Source of the DNA: Burkholderiales bacterium
GTDB lineage: Bacteria > Pseudomonadota > Gammaproteobacteria > Burkholderiales > Burkholderiaceae_C
Length of the DNA: 39,245 nucleotides
Assembly (NCBI GenBank): GCA_031413095.1
Contig: JANOEG010000082.1
Coordinates: forward strand, 1-39,245
Reading direction: 5' to 3'
A model generated the notes under the pieces. It ran no database searches. It was not told the DNA's origin and was given only the letters and a program-made list of their open reading frames with translations. This document shows, in pieces, positions 26,901-37,033 of this stretch. Each line of letters starts with the position of its first letter. Position 1 is the stretch's first letter. A program made the position numbers and the translations under genes.

Positions 26901-27548
26901 TTGAACGAGACGCTGACGCGTGTCGTTGCCGTGCGCCATGGCGAAACGGCCTGGAACGTGCAGACGCGTATCCAGGGCCAGCTCGACATCGGCTTGAATA
27001 CCATCGGCTTCCGGCAGGCCGAGCGGTTGGGCCGCGCGCTGGCCGACGAGAGTCTCGACGCCATTTATGCAAGCGATCTGCAGCGCGCGGCGGACACGGC
27101 ACGCGCCGTGTCCGAGCGGGCTGGGGTGGCGGTGCGCACCGACGCGGCGCTGCGCGAGCGCGGCTTCGGCAGCTTCGAAGGCCTGACCTGGGCCGAGGTC
27201 GAGCGGCAGCACCCTGACGAATCACGGCGCTGGCGCGAACGCGACGCCAGCTTCGGCCCGCCCGGGGGCGAAACGCTGGCAGTGTTCTACGAGCGCGCGG
27301 TGGGTGCGCTGGCGGCCATCGCGGCACGCCACCGCGGCCAGCACATTGCGATCGTCACGCATGGCGGCGTGCTCGACGCGCTGTACCGTGCAGCGTCGCG
27401 CATCGCCCTGGACGCGCCGCGCACCTGGCAGCTCGGCAACGCGAGCATCAACCGCGTGCTGCACGGTGAGCACGGCTTCTCGCTGGTCGGCTGGAACGAC
27501 AGCCTGCATCTCGTGGGCGGCACGGCCATTGATGAGGCCTCGGCGTGA
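26901..27548 (+). CDS. Histidine phosphatase (phosphoglycerate mutase-like, GpmB-type) family protein
   Basis: ORF 26865..27548. Both candidate starts are TTG (26865 or 26901). 26901 places the catalytic RHGETAWN at the usual distance from the N-terminus. A second His motif is IVTHGGV. Confidence 0.85.
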   Translation: MNETLTRVVAVRHGETAWNVQTRIQGQLDIGLNTIGFRQAERLGRALADESLDAIYASDLQRAADTARAVSERAGVAVRTDAALRERGFGSFEGLTWAEVERQHPDESRRWRERDASFGPPGGETLAVFYERAVGALAAIAARHRGQHIAIVTHGGVLDALYRAASRIALDAPRTWQLGNASINRVLHGEHGFSLVGWNDSLHLVGGTAIDEASA

Positions 27549-27606
27549 CGTCCGCGTCGGACAAGGCGTAGCCGCTGGATCCGGAAGGGGGCGCGTTTGC
27601 GCAGCC

Positions 27607-28671
27607 CTAAAAAAGATCGCCTTCGCGGCCTTTGGGCGGCGCCAGCCCGAGGTGCCGGTAGGCGGCCAGCGTGGCAACGCGCCCTCGCGGCGTGCGCTGC
27701 AGATAGCCTTGCTGAATGAGGTAGGGCTCGATCACGTCTTCGATCGTGCCGCTCTCCTCGCCGATTGCGGCGGCCACGTTGTCCAGGCCGACGGGCCCGC
27801 CATCGAAGCGGTGCACGATGGCTTCGAGCAGCTTTCGGTCCATGACATCGAAGCCGAGCGGGTCGACGTCGAGCATGGCCAGCGCAGCGTCGGCCACGGT
27901 CTTGCTGACATGGCCCTGGGCTTTGACGTCGGCATAGTCGCGCACGCGCCGCAGCAGGCGGTTGGCAATGCGCGGCGTGCCGCGCGAGCGGCGCGCGATC
28001 TCGCCGGCGCCGGCCTCGTCGATCGGCACCCGCAGCAGGCCGGCCGAGCGGTGGACGATGCGCGCGAGCTCGTCCGGCGTATAGAACTCCAGCCGCGCGA
28101 CGATGCCAAAACGGTCGCGCAGCGGGTTGGTCAACATGCCGGCACGCGTTGTCGCGCCGATCAGCGTGAACGGCTGCAGCTCCAGCTTGATCGAGCGCGC
28201 GGCCGGGCCCTCGCCGATCATGATGTCGATCTGGTGGTCCTCGAGCGCCGGATAAAGGATCTCTTCGACCACCGGAGACAGGCGGTGGATTTCGTCGATG
28301 AAGAGCACGTCGTGCGCTTCGAGGTTGGTCAGGATGGCCGCCAGGTCCTTCGGCTTCTCGAGCACCGGCCCCGAGGTCTGGCGCAGGTTGACGCCGAGCT
28401 CGGCCGCGACGATGTGGGCCAGCGTCGTCTTGCCCAGCCCCGGCGGGCCGAACAGCAGCACATGGTCGAGCGCTTCGCTGCGTTTCTTTGCTGCGGCGAT
28501 GAAAATTTCGAGTTGCTCGCGAGCCTTGACCTGGCCGACATAGTCCTCGAGTGCCTTGGGTCGCAGCGCGCGTTCGATCGCCTCTTCGTTCGGCGACGTG
28601 GGCTCAGCGCTGACGATGCGGCGCGCCGACGTTGCCGGCGCACTGCCAAGGTCATCTGTCTGGATACTCAT
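27607..28671 (-). CDS. ruvB: Holliday junction branch migration DNA helicase RuvB
   Basis: 354 aa. Walker [12 protein letters not shown], Walker [10 protein letters not shown], sensor regions and a winged-helix C-terminus. Unmistakable RuvB. Confidence 0.97.
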   Translation of the reverse strand: MSIQTDDLGSAPATSARRIVSAEPTSPNEEAIERALRPKALEDYVGQVKAREQLEIFIAAAKKRSEALDHVLLFGPPGLGKTTLAHIVAAELGVNLRQTSGPVLEKPKDLAAILTNLEAHDVLFIDEIHRLSPVVEEILYPALEDHQIDIMIGEGPAARSIKLELQPFTLIGATTRAGMLTNPLRDRFGIVARLEFYTPDELARIVHRSAGLLRVPIDEAGAGEIARRSRGTPRIANRLLRRVRDYADVKAQGHVSKTVADAALAMLDVDPLGFDVMDRKLLEAIVHRFDGGPVGLDNVAAAIGEESGTIEDVIEPYLIQQGYLQRTPRGRVATLAAYRHLGLAPPKGREGDLF

Positions 28672-28702
28672 TGGTGGATTATCCGGCCGCTACCATTGCG
28701 CC

Positions 28703-29161
28703 ATGAATCATCGCACCCTCACCCGATTGTTGGCGTCGTCGCTGCTGACCGTCGCCGCCACCGCGTCGTTTGCTCAGGTCAAGGTTGATCGCGCCTGGGC
28801 ACGGCCTACCGTGCCCGGCCAGCAAGGCGGCGGCGGCTTCCTGTCCTTGACCAGTGTCTCGGCGGATCGCCTTGTCAGCGGCAGCACGCCGCTGGCCGAG
28901 CGTTTCGAGCTTCACACCATGGCGATGAAAGGCGACGTGATGGAGATGCGGCAGGTCGATGCGATCAAGCTGCCGGCCGGCAAGACCGTCGAGCTGAAAC
29001 CGGGGGGCCTGCACGTCATGTTCATCGGCTTGAAGCAGCCGCTGGCGCTGGGCAGCAAGGTGCCGGTGACGCTGAAGTTCGAGAAGGCCGGCGAGGTCAA
29101 GGTCGAGTTCGAGGTCATGTCGCAGCCTCCAGCACCTGCCCACGGCAACCGCAAGCCCTGA
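28703..29161 (+). CDS. Periplasmic copper chaperone PCu(A)C (DUF461)
   Basis: ORF 28556..29161, ATG 28703 (MNHRTLTRLLASSLLTVAATASFA signal). Cu(I) motif H-x-M...M-x-M...H-x-M is seen in ELHTMAMKGDVMEM...GGLHVMFIGL. Confidence 0.85.
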   Translation: MNHRTLTRLLASSLLTVAATASFAQVKVDRAWARPTVPGQQGGGGFLSLTSVSADRLVSGSTPLAERFELHTMAMKGDVMEMRQVDAIKLPAGKTVELKPGGLHVMFIGLKQPLALGSKVPVTLKFEKAGEVKVEFEVMSQPPAPAHGNRKP

Positions 29162-29203
29162 GTCCCGCGCGCGCAGTAGTGCACGTGCTCCCATCGAGAG
29201 GCG

Positions 29204-29776
29204 TTACTTCGAAAGTGCCTTCAATGCCAGCTTGATGCCGTCAGCCACGGCGACATCGGCTGGTAAGGCCTTGATGGCAGCGGCCGCTTCGCGCTCGCTG
29301 TAACCCAGCGCAACGAGCGCCTGCACGATGTCGCCTTGGGCGTCGCTGGCCGGCGACGACGGCGAGCCCAGATCGGGCGCCAGCTTGCCCTTGAGTTCGA
29401 GCAGCAGGCGCTCGGCCGTCTTCTTGCCGATGCCCGGCACCTTGGTCAGCCGCGTGGCCTGTTGCTGCGCCACCGCTTGCGCGAGCTCGTTCACCGATAG
29501 CCCCGACAACACGGACAACGCGGTGCGCGGGCCGATGCCGCTGATCTTCAACACCTCGCGAAACGTCGAGCGTTCGGCCGCGGTGAGAAAGCCGTACAGC
29601 AGCTGTGCGTCCTCGCGGACGACGAAGTGCGTCAGCAGCGTGATGCGCTCGCCGATCGCGGGCAGGTTGTAGAAGGTGCTCATCGGCACATCGACTTCGT
29701 AGCCGACGCCGTTGCAGTCGATGAGCAGTTTGGGCGGAGATTTTTCCGCCAACGTTCCGGTGATGCGGCCGATCAT
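29204..29776 (-). CDS. ruvA: Holliday junction DNA helicase subunit RuvA
   Basis: 190 aa. [12 protein letters not shown]...GVGYEV, and two HhH motifs ([22 protein letters not shown]). Confidence 0.95.
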   Translation of the reverse strand: MIGRITGTLAEKSPPKLLIDCNGVGYEVDVPMSTFYNLPAIGERITLLTHFVVREDAQLLYGFLTAAERSTFREVLKISGIGPRTALSVLSGLSVNELAQAVAQQQATRLTKVPGIGKKTAERLLLELKGKLAPDLGSPSSPASDAQGDIVQALVALGYSEREAAAAIKALPADVAVADGIKLALKALSK

Positions 29777-29800
29777 GAGCGGTGATTATCAGCGCGGGCC

Positions 29801-29848
29801 AGCCCCGGGCCGCTCCCAAGCGTGCGGCCCGCGTCTCCCTGCGGGGGA
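29801..29848 (-). repeat. GC-rich hairpin repeat, copy 3 (between ruvA and response regulator, inverted orientation)
   Basis: The reverse complement reads CTCCCCCGCAGGGAG ... GCTTGGGAGCGGCCCGGGGC. Compare copy 1: GCTTGGGGCGGCCCGGCGC. Confidence 0.3.
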
Positions 29849-29881
29849 GTGCTCGCGAAGCGAGCGAGGGGCCGTCAGTCC

Positions 29882-30529
29882 TCAGCGGCGGAACAGACCC
29901 AGGCGCTGGGCTTCAAGAGCCGCTTCCGCACGCGAGCTCACGTTGAGCTTGCGGTAGATCTGCTTGACGTAGTCGGCGATTGTGTGGCGCGACAGGCCGA
30001 GTTGTACACCAATCTCAGGCAGCGTGAAGCCCTTGGCGACCCGCAGCAGCACTTCGCTTTCACGCTCGGTCAGAGAAACGTGCGGCAGCGCGTTGGCCTG
30101 TGGCTTGTTCTTGGCGGCGAAGTATGCGATGACGCGGCGTGCGATCGACGGCGACAGCGGCGGCTCGCCCTGGGCCATGCGCTGCAACTGCTCGATGATC
30201 AGCTCGCGCGCCTGCTCCTTGAGGATGTAGCCGAACGCGCCAGCCTGCAGCGCCGGGAAGAGGTGGTCGTCGTCGTCGTGGATCGTCACCACGACCGACT
30301 GGCATTCGCTTTGCGTTTCGCGCAGTTTCTCGACGACATCGACGCCCGAGCCGTCGGGCAGGCCGAGGTCGATCAGCGCCAGGTCGAACTTGATCGCCGA
30401 GACGAGTTCGCGCGCGTCATGCACGCGTGCTGCTTCGGAAATCTGGCCGTCGGGGAACACGCGCAAGATCAGATCCTTCATCCAGGCGCGGATTTCGGGC
30501 AGGTCTTCGAGCAAGAGAATGGTCTTCAT
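29882..30529 (-). CDS. Response regulator, REC plus LuxR/NarL-type HTH
   Basis: 215 aa. Receiver domain with phospho-acceptor context LALIDLGLPDGSG. C-terminal LTERESEVLLRVAKGFTLPEIGVQLGLSRHTIADYVKQIYRKL. Confidence 0.92.
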   Translation of the reverse strand: MKTILLLEDLPEIRAWMKDLILRVFPDGQISEAARVHDARELVSAIKFDLALIDLGLPDGSGVDVVEKLRETQSECQSVVVTIHDDDDHLFPALQAGAFGYILKEQARELIIEQLQRMAQGEPPLSPSIARRVIAYFAAKNKPQANALPHVSLTERESEVLLRVAKGFTLPEIGVQLGLSRHTIADYVKQIYRKLNVSSRAEAALEAQRLGLFRR

Positions 30530-30591
30530 GGCGTGGTCTCCCGAAAGACGGGACTATGGGCAACTCATGCTAGCAGCCGAGGGTGGCCGCT

Positions 30592-32478
30592 TCACGCCGG
30601 CAGCGTGTGCTTTTCCAGAGGAATCGTGAGGCGGATCACGGTTCCGTAGCCCGGCCCGGACTCGACCAGACATTGCCCCTGCAATTGCTTGGCACGGTGC
30701 TTCATGCTCGTCATGCCGTGGCCCCGGTCCAGGCGGCCATCGAGTTCGAGCGGGATGCCCTTGCCGTTGTCCTGGATCTTCAGGTGGAAGTCGCCGCTGG
30801 CGATGTTGCAGCGGATCGAGCAGCGCGACGCGCCGCTGTGCTTGATGATGTTGCTCACCGCTTCGCGCAGGATGCGCGTCGTCTGCACATAGGCACGCGC
30901 CGACAGTGTTTGCGGCAGCTCATCGGTGGGCGCCTGCCACTCGCCTTCGACGCCGGTTTGCGACAGTCGGCCGACGATTTCGGCGCGCCAGTCGCCCAGG
31001 GCGTCGATCAGCTTCACCGGCTTGCCGGTCAGGCCACGCACCGACAACCGCATTTCTTCGAGCGCTTCGCGCGCCAAGGTGGAGATGCGCTCGCTCTCAC
31101 TGGTGTGCACGATGGTCAGCAATTTGGCGCCGAGGTCGTCGTGCAGATCCGCGGCGATGCGTTTACGCTCCTGCTGCGTCACCTGCTCGACGCGCAGCTC
31201 AGCCATCTGCGCATAGTTGCGCTCCATCGCGGTGGTGCTGTCGCGGATGCGGGATTCGAGCGAGTTGCGCAGCTCCTCGGCGCTGCGCAGCGCGCGGCCG
31301 TACTGGTGCACGAGCAGCAGGCCCATGCCCAGAAACGCGAGCGGTGTCGCCACATGCGGCAATGTGCGCCACGGCACTGGCAGCAACTGGCGCTGGCCGG
31401 CCAATTCGATGCCCACCATGACCACGGTGATCAGCACCAGGACCAGGATCGGCCAGAAGTCGCGCCGCTGGGCTACGCGGGCCACCATCAGAAAGTGGCC
31501 GACGGCCAGCAACGCTTCGATGGCGAACAGCAGGTACCAACTGCTGGCCACTGCATGAACCTGTTGCGGTCCCGCGAGTGTCAGGGACAGCGGCACCAGC
31601 AGCGTCTGAACCACGAGCAACCAGCTCACCTGGCGTGAGCGGCGGCGGGCGAAGTGCAGCAGAAACTCGATCGCCAGCAGTGCCACCAAACCGATCAGGC
31701 AGACCAAGGCTGCTTCCGTGACGAAGCGGCCCAGTGCCGCGCTGTGCCACCAGGGGCGCAGGGTGACGGCGGCCCAGCCGATCGACAGCGCACCGAAGTA
31801 CAAGAGATGCCGCTCGCGGTGATGCCACCAGCCCAGCACGGCGATGACCAGCCCCATCATCAGCAGCGCGCTCGACGCCAACTGCGGCAACGCAGATTTC
31901 GTCAGCACTGTCTCGCGCTGCAGCGCATGCAAGGTTTCATAAGCGCCGATCTGCGGCGCCGACAGCGCCGCTGCACGCTGGCGCGATGCGACCTGCTCGA
32001 GCGCATAGCCGGCCAGACGCAGATCGATCGTGTTGCCGCTGTCTTCGAGCAGGGACAGCGGCAGCGAGAGCAGCAGCGGTTGTTCGCAGTTCAGCGCGAT
32101 CGGGTCCACCATCGAACCCGCGGCGTGCAGCGTTTGGCCGTTCAAGCGCACCGATACATTGCCGCAGACACGCTCGATCAACAGGCCCAGCGCCGTGCTG
32201 CTTTGGCGCGCACCGGGTGCATCGAAGCGCAGCCGGTACCAGAGCGGCGTGTCGATGCCTGGCCGCGATTGCGCCCATTCGTCGGGCAGGGTGACCACGC
32301 GCTGGACCGCTTCGGCAGGAAACTGCGTGCTCCCGGCGTCGTCAGCGGCCAGCGCATCCGCAAAGTGCTGGATCGGCGTGTCGGCGCGGCCCTGGGCGAA
32401 GGCGCTGCCTCCAATGAGCAAGGCCGACAACAGCACAGCGCGTTGACAGACGAGAAGCAGATCAACGAGGCGGATCAT
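30592..32478 (-). CDS. Sensor histidine kinase: 7TMR-DISMED2 periplasmic domain, 7TM, HisKA_3 and HATPase
   Basis: ORF 30592..32526, ATG 32478 preferred (MIRLVDLLLV...). LPDEWAQSRPGIDTPLWYRLRF is a DISMED2-like pattern, followed by seven hydrophobic segments, the H-box ERKRIAADLHDDLGAKL, and ATPase G-boxes (DNGKGI, GHGMTSM). Confidence 0.88.
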   Translation of the reverse strand: MIRLVDLLLVCQRAVLLSALLIGGSAFAQGRADTPIQHFADALAADDAGSTQFPAEAVQRVVTLPDEWAQSRPGIDTPLWYRLRFDAPGARQSSTALGLLIERVCGNVSVRLNGQTLHAAGSMVDPIALNCEQPLLLSLPLSLLEDSGNTIDLRLAGYALEQVASRQRAAALSAPQIGAYETLHALQRETVLTKSALPQLASSALLMMGLVIAVLGWWHHRERHLLYFGALSIGWAAVTLRPWWHSAALGRFVTEAALVCLIGLVALLAIEFLLHFARRRSRQVSWLLVVQTLLVPLSLTLAGPQQVHAVASSWYLLFAIEALLAVGHFLMVARVAQRRDFWPILVLVLITVVMVGIELAGQRQLLPVPWRTLPHVATPLAFLGMGLLLVHQYGRALRSAEELRNSLESRIRDSTTAMERNYAQMAELRVEQVTQQERKRIAADLHDDLGAKLLTIVHTSESERISTLAREALEEMRLSVRGLTGKPVKLIDALGDWRAEIVGRLSQTGVEGEWQAPTDELPQTLSARAYVQTTRILREAVSNIIKHSGASRCSIRCNIASGDFHLKIQDNGKGIPLELDGRLDRGHGMTSMKHRAKQLQGQCLVESGPGYGTVIRLTIPLEKHTLPA

Positions 32479-32558
32479 GAGTCGAAGGATTGTGCAGGAG
32501 GCATCTTCGGCACCAGACCGCCACAATCGCGCTTTCGTTGCATCCTTGGCATTCCGAC

Positions 32559-33509
32559 TTGATCCTTCGCCACGCCTTCACGCCCGCCGACAACCACCGC
32601 CTGGCCCATCTGAGCGGCGCACTCGATGCGCACCTGCGCGCCATCGAGGGCGCGCTCGGCGTGCGCATCTCGCGCCGCAATGAGGCTTTTCGCATCGACG
32701 GCGCCAAGCCGATGGCCGAGCGCGCGCTGGTGCTGCTGCAAACGCTGTACGCCCGGGCCGCACGGCCGATCGGCGAGCAGGCGCTGCAGTTGGCGATTGC
32801 CGACACGCTGGGCCGCGGCGATGAGGCCACCGAAGACCCCGACGCCATCGTGCTGCGCACGCGCCGCACCGATCTCGAAGGCCGCACGCCGAACCAGCGC
32901 CATTACCTGCGCCACATCCTTGGCCACGACATGACGTTCGGCATCGGCCCGGCCGGCACCGGCAAGACCTTCCTCGCCGTGGCCTGCGCCGTCGATGCCT
33001 TGGAGCGCACGCAGGTGCAGCGCATCGTGCTGACGCGGCCGGCTGTCGAGGCCGGTGAGCGGCTGGGCTTCCTGCCGGGCGACCTGGCGCAGAAGGTCGA
33101 CCCTTACCTGCGCCCTCTCTACGACGCGCTGTACGACCTGATGGGCCTGGAGCGCGTGACCAAGGCCTTCGAGAAGGGCACGATCGAGATCGCGCCGCTG
33201 GCCTTCATGCGCGGCCGCACGCTGAACCACGCCTTCGTCATCCTCGACGAGGCGCAGAACACGACCACCGAGCAGATGAAGATGTTCCTGACGCGCATCG
33301 GCTTCGGCAGCAAGGCGGTGATCACCGGCGACACCAGCCAGATCGATCTGCCGAAGGGTGCGACGAGCGGTCTGGTCGAGGCCGAACAGGTGCTGCACGG
33401 CGTGGCCGGGGTGGCATTCACGCGCTTCACGTCGGCCGACGTGGTGCGGCATCCGCTGGTGGCTCGAATCGTCGAGGCATATGAACGTGCGCAGCCCGGC
33501 GACGTCTGA
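32559..33509 (+). CDS. phoH: PhoH-like ATPase (YbeZ)
   Basis: ORF 32490..33509. All candidate starts are TTG (32490, 32538, 32559). 32559 is chosen by alignment logic to the ...PADN...L.G N-terminus of YbeZ. Walker [12 protein letters not shown], Walker [21 protein letters not shown]. Confidence 0.85.
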   Translation: MILRHAFTPADNHRLAHLSGALDAHLRAIEGALGVRISRRNEAFRIDGAKPMAERALVLLQTLYARAARPIGEQALQLAIADTLGRGDEATEDPDAIVLRTRRTDLEGRTPNQRHYLRHILGHDMTFGIGPAGTGKTFLAVACAVDALERTQVQRIVLTRPAVEAGERLGFLPGDLAQKVDPYLRPLYDALYDLMGLERVTKAFEKGTIEIAPLAFMRGRTLNHAFVILDEAQNTTTEQMKMFLTRIGFGSKAVITGDTSQIDLPKGATSGLVEAEQVLHGVAGVAFTRFTSADVVRHPLVARIVEAYERAQPGDV

Positions 33510-33939
33510 GCTGCGTCTTTCGTTGCAGCAACCGGATGGCCGTCATCGTGGTCTGCTGACGCGTGCGCGCGTTGCACGCTGGATCCGCGCCTCGCTCGAA
33601 GCGCCTGCCGAGATCACGGTGCGCATCGTCGGCGAGGCCGAAGGCCGCGAGTTGAACCGCAGCTACCGCAGCCAGGACCACGCAACCAACGTGCTCACCT
33701 TCGACTACCAGCGCGAGCCTGTCGTCGTCGCGGATCTCGTGCTCTGCGCGCCAGTGGTCGAGCGCGAAGCCACGGAGCAGCGCAAGCCGATCGAAGCGCA
33801 CTACGCGCATCTGCTAGTGCATGGCGCGCTGCACGCACAAGGTTTCGATCACGAGCGCGCGACCGACGCGAAAAAGATGGAGGCGCGCGAGGTCGAACTG
33901 CTGGCCGCCCTCGGCTACCGCGACCCCTACCGGCCCTGA
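33481..33939 (+). CDS. ybeY: rRNA maturation endoribonuclease YbeY
   Basis: ORF 33358..33939, ATG 33481, 152 aa. Zinc motif HLLVHGALHAQGFDHE. Overlaps the phoH 3' end, as in the ybeZ-ybeY operon. Confidence 0.92.
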   Translation: MNVRSPATSELRLSLQQPDGRHRGLLTRARVARWIRASLEAPAEITVRIVGEAEGRELNRSYRSQDHATNVLTFDYQREPVVVADLVLCAPVVEREATEQRKPIEAHYAHLLVHGALHAQGFDHERATDAKKMEAREVELLAALGYRDPYRP

Positions 33940-35026
33940 GTGCCGAGGTAGCGTTTGCGCCAGAAAAACGCGCCGAGACCGAGGCCCACCAGCGCCATCA
34001 GACCGAGCGTGACCCAGATGCCGGTGGCGTCGTGGATCAGCGGCATGGCATCGAAATTCATGCCGAAAAAGCCGGTGATCAGGTTCAGCGGCAGAAAGAT
34101 CGCCGTCAGCACCGTCAATGTGCGCATGATGGCGTTGGTGCGGTGGGACAGCGCCGAGAAATGCATCTGTACGGCGTTCTCCGCCGACTGCTCGAGCCTG
34201 CGCACATGCGTCAGCACGCGCTCGATGTGCTCGAGCACGTCGCGCGAGCGCACCCGCAGCAGTTCACGCTCGCGCTTGACGGCGTCGGTGTTGGCTTCGG
34301 GCCACTCGTCGAGTGCGTCGATCCACTCCTGCATCGCCGCGCGTTGGTCCTCGCAGGTGTCTTCCAGCATGTGCAGCGAGTTGCGCGCATCCAGCAGCAG
34401 CGACCAGTCGTGAAAGCGGCTGTTGGGGTTGAGCAGCTCGCGCTGCAGGAAGCCGAGTTGGCGGGTCAGCAGGCGGCGCAGGTCGAGGTAGCTGTCAACC
34501 ATGTGGTTGACCATGCGCAGCATCAGGTCGGCGGGGTTCGCCGGCAGGCGCGCGGCGCCGCGCAACTCGGCGCCGCCCGACAGGCCGGCCAGGCGATGCA
34601 CGAAGTAGTCGCGGACGATGCAATCGGCCGGATGCACTGTGATCAGCACGCGCTCGAACATCGCAAAGCCGACCGGGCTGGTGTCGATGGCCGTCAGCGC
34701 CTGGCGCGCCGAGGCCATCGTGCCGCGCTCGTCATCGACGAAGAGCTTCTCACTTCCGGGGCCAGCGGCCAGGCGGCGGAACACCAGCACGTCATACCAC
34801 GAGGTGTAGTCGTAGTGGCTCGGCAGTTGGTTGTTGAGCAGGTCGACGACATGCAGATCGACCAGCGCACCGCCCTCCCATTGCGCCAGCCGTTCCTGCA
34901 GCGTGGCGCTGTTGAGTTCGAACTCGCGCCGCGTGCAGCCGACCCAGACGAAGCCGCCAGGCGGCAGCGTGTCGGGCAACGCATCGAGTTCGTTGAAGCG
35001 ATCGCCGGCGACGTGGAAGACGCGCA

Positions 35027-35027
<1 letters not shown>
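33927..35027 (-). CDS. corA: CorA family magnesium/cobalt transporter
   Basis: 366 aa. Two C-terminal TM helices with the GMN signature (ITGFFGMNFDAMP). Confidence 0.9.
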
Positions 35028-36109
<1,082 letters not shown>

Positions 36110-36142
36110 TTACACAAGTCACGGACTCAGCTAAATTGGCTT

Positions 36143-36256
36143 TTGAATGATAGCTGCGAGGCCGTCATTCCCTGCTTTACCTCCCTGAGCAGGTGCCTTA
36201 GCGTGATGACAGCGATAAGGCATTGCAGCCCCAGCCGAAAGGCTGGGGCTTTTTTA
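36143..36256 (+). ncRNA. Candidate small RNA or structured 5' leader (four consecutive stem-loops ending in an intrinsic terminator)
   Basis: Possible promoter: TTACAC (36110-36115), 16 nt, TAAATT (36132-36137). Stems read directly: GAATGA/TCATTC 36145-36170; CCTGCT/AGCAGG 36171-36193 with loop TTACCTCCCTG; TGCCTTA/TAAGGCA 36194-36222; terminator 36227-36255. No ORF explains the region. The 5' end is a guess. Confidence 0.4.
36227..36255 (+). terminator. Rho-independent terminator
   Basis: Perfect 10-bp stem AGCCCCAGCC / GGCTGGGGCT with a GAAA tetraloop, followed by TTTTT. It is unidirectional: there is no T-run on the other strand. Confidence 0.75.
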
Positions 36257-36303
36257 TTGAGGCGCGTCAACGACCTGGTCGCGAGCGAGCGCACGATGAC
36301 GGG

Positions 36304-37008
36304 ATGGATCGTTCAAGTGTCATGGTCGTACTCGCCGCCGCTCGCAACCACGTTCTTGCCGCGGTCGCGGTCCTGGGATGCATGGCACCGCAGGCAGCAG
36401 TGATTTATGGAAGCGGCCGCCTCGAGGCCGACGTGCTGGGTGCCGCCTGCTCGACCACGTCGCCCGACGGGACCACGACCAGCGTGCCTTGCGACCCCGC
36501 AGGGTGGTCGCCGACGCTCGACCCAGGCTGGTCCGCGCTGATGACCGCGACGATCGGCTACAGCTACGAGGACGACGGGCGGCTCTTGGACAGGCCGGCG
36601 TCTATCCAGGTGAGTCACACGGGCAGCGTGGCGACTTCTTTCGAGTACGCGGTGCTGTACAGCGTCACCAGTGCATCGTATTGCGGCATTTTGCACGGCG
36701 GCCTTCACTGTACTGACGACATTGCCCCTCATGACGTTTTTTTCGACGTCGCCGCCAGCTACCCCTTGTTTGTGTCGAACAACGACGCTGCCGAGGCGGT
36801 GAGCGGTCAATTCAGCGTCACCACCGGGTGGCGATGGGAGCCGCCCGGCAGGTTCTACGATCAAGGATATACCTTGACTCCGACGCTGTACGTCGACGTG
36901 TGGGGCATCTCGCAAGCTGTCCCCGAGCCCGGCACCTGGGCGCTGATGATCGGCCCGTTGCTGGGCTTGGGCGTTTTTGCGCGGCGAAGACGCAAGCTGC
37001 TGGGCTGA
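36304..37008 (+). CDS. PEP-CTERM sorting domain-containing secreted protein
   Basis: ORF 36223..37008, ATG 36304 preferred (the upstream TTG would include the terminator hairpin). C-terminus VPEPGTWALMIGPLLGLGVFARRRRK is a canonical PEP-CTERM anchor. The N-terminal region is hydrophobic. Confidence 0.8.
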   Translation: MDRSSVMVVLAAARNHVLAAVAVLGCMAPQAAVIYGSGRLEADVLGAACSTTSPDGTTTSVPCDPAGWSPTLDPGWSALMTATIGYSYEDDGRLLDRPASIQVSHTGSVATSFEYAVLYSVTSASYCGILHGGLHCTDDIAPHDVFFDVAASYPLFVSNNDAAEAVSGQFSVTTGWRWEPPGRFYDQGYTLTPTLYVDVWGISQAVPEPGTWALMIGPLLGLGVFARRRRKLLG

Positions 37009-37033
37009 CGCGCCGGCCTTCGATAATGGCCGC

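Noticed and set aside
29777-29881. LexA (SOS) box upstream of ruvA
   Set aside because: There is no CTGT-N8-ACAG match in the 105-bp spacer. The region instead holds GC-rich hairpins, one of them the repeat copy reported above.
32479-32558. AGGAGG at 32496-32501 as the ribosome-binding site defining the phoH start
   Set aside because: No ATG, GTG or TTG lies in the phoH frame at a suitable 5-10 nt distance downstream of it. The phoH start therefore remains ambiguous among three TTG codons (32490, 32538, 32559).
36145-36256. Known riboswitch class (for example GEMM-I c-di-GMP or M-box) in the hemB / PEP-CTERM spacer
   Set aside because: I could not find the conserved cores I remember (for example GGGACGCAAAGCC for GEMM-I). 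I therefore report the structure only as an unclassified sRNA or leader candidate. An Rfam scan is needed.
36223-36303. TTG 36223 as the start of the PEP-CTERM gene
   Set aside because: That extension would be translated straight through the 10-bp terminator hairpin and T-run (PKGWGFFIEA) and precedes the hydrophobic signal region. ATG 36304 is more plausible.
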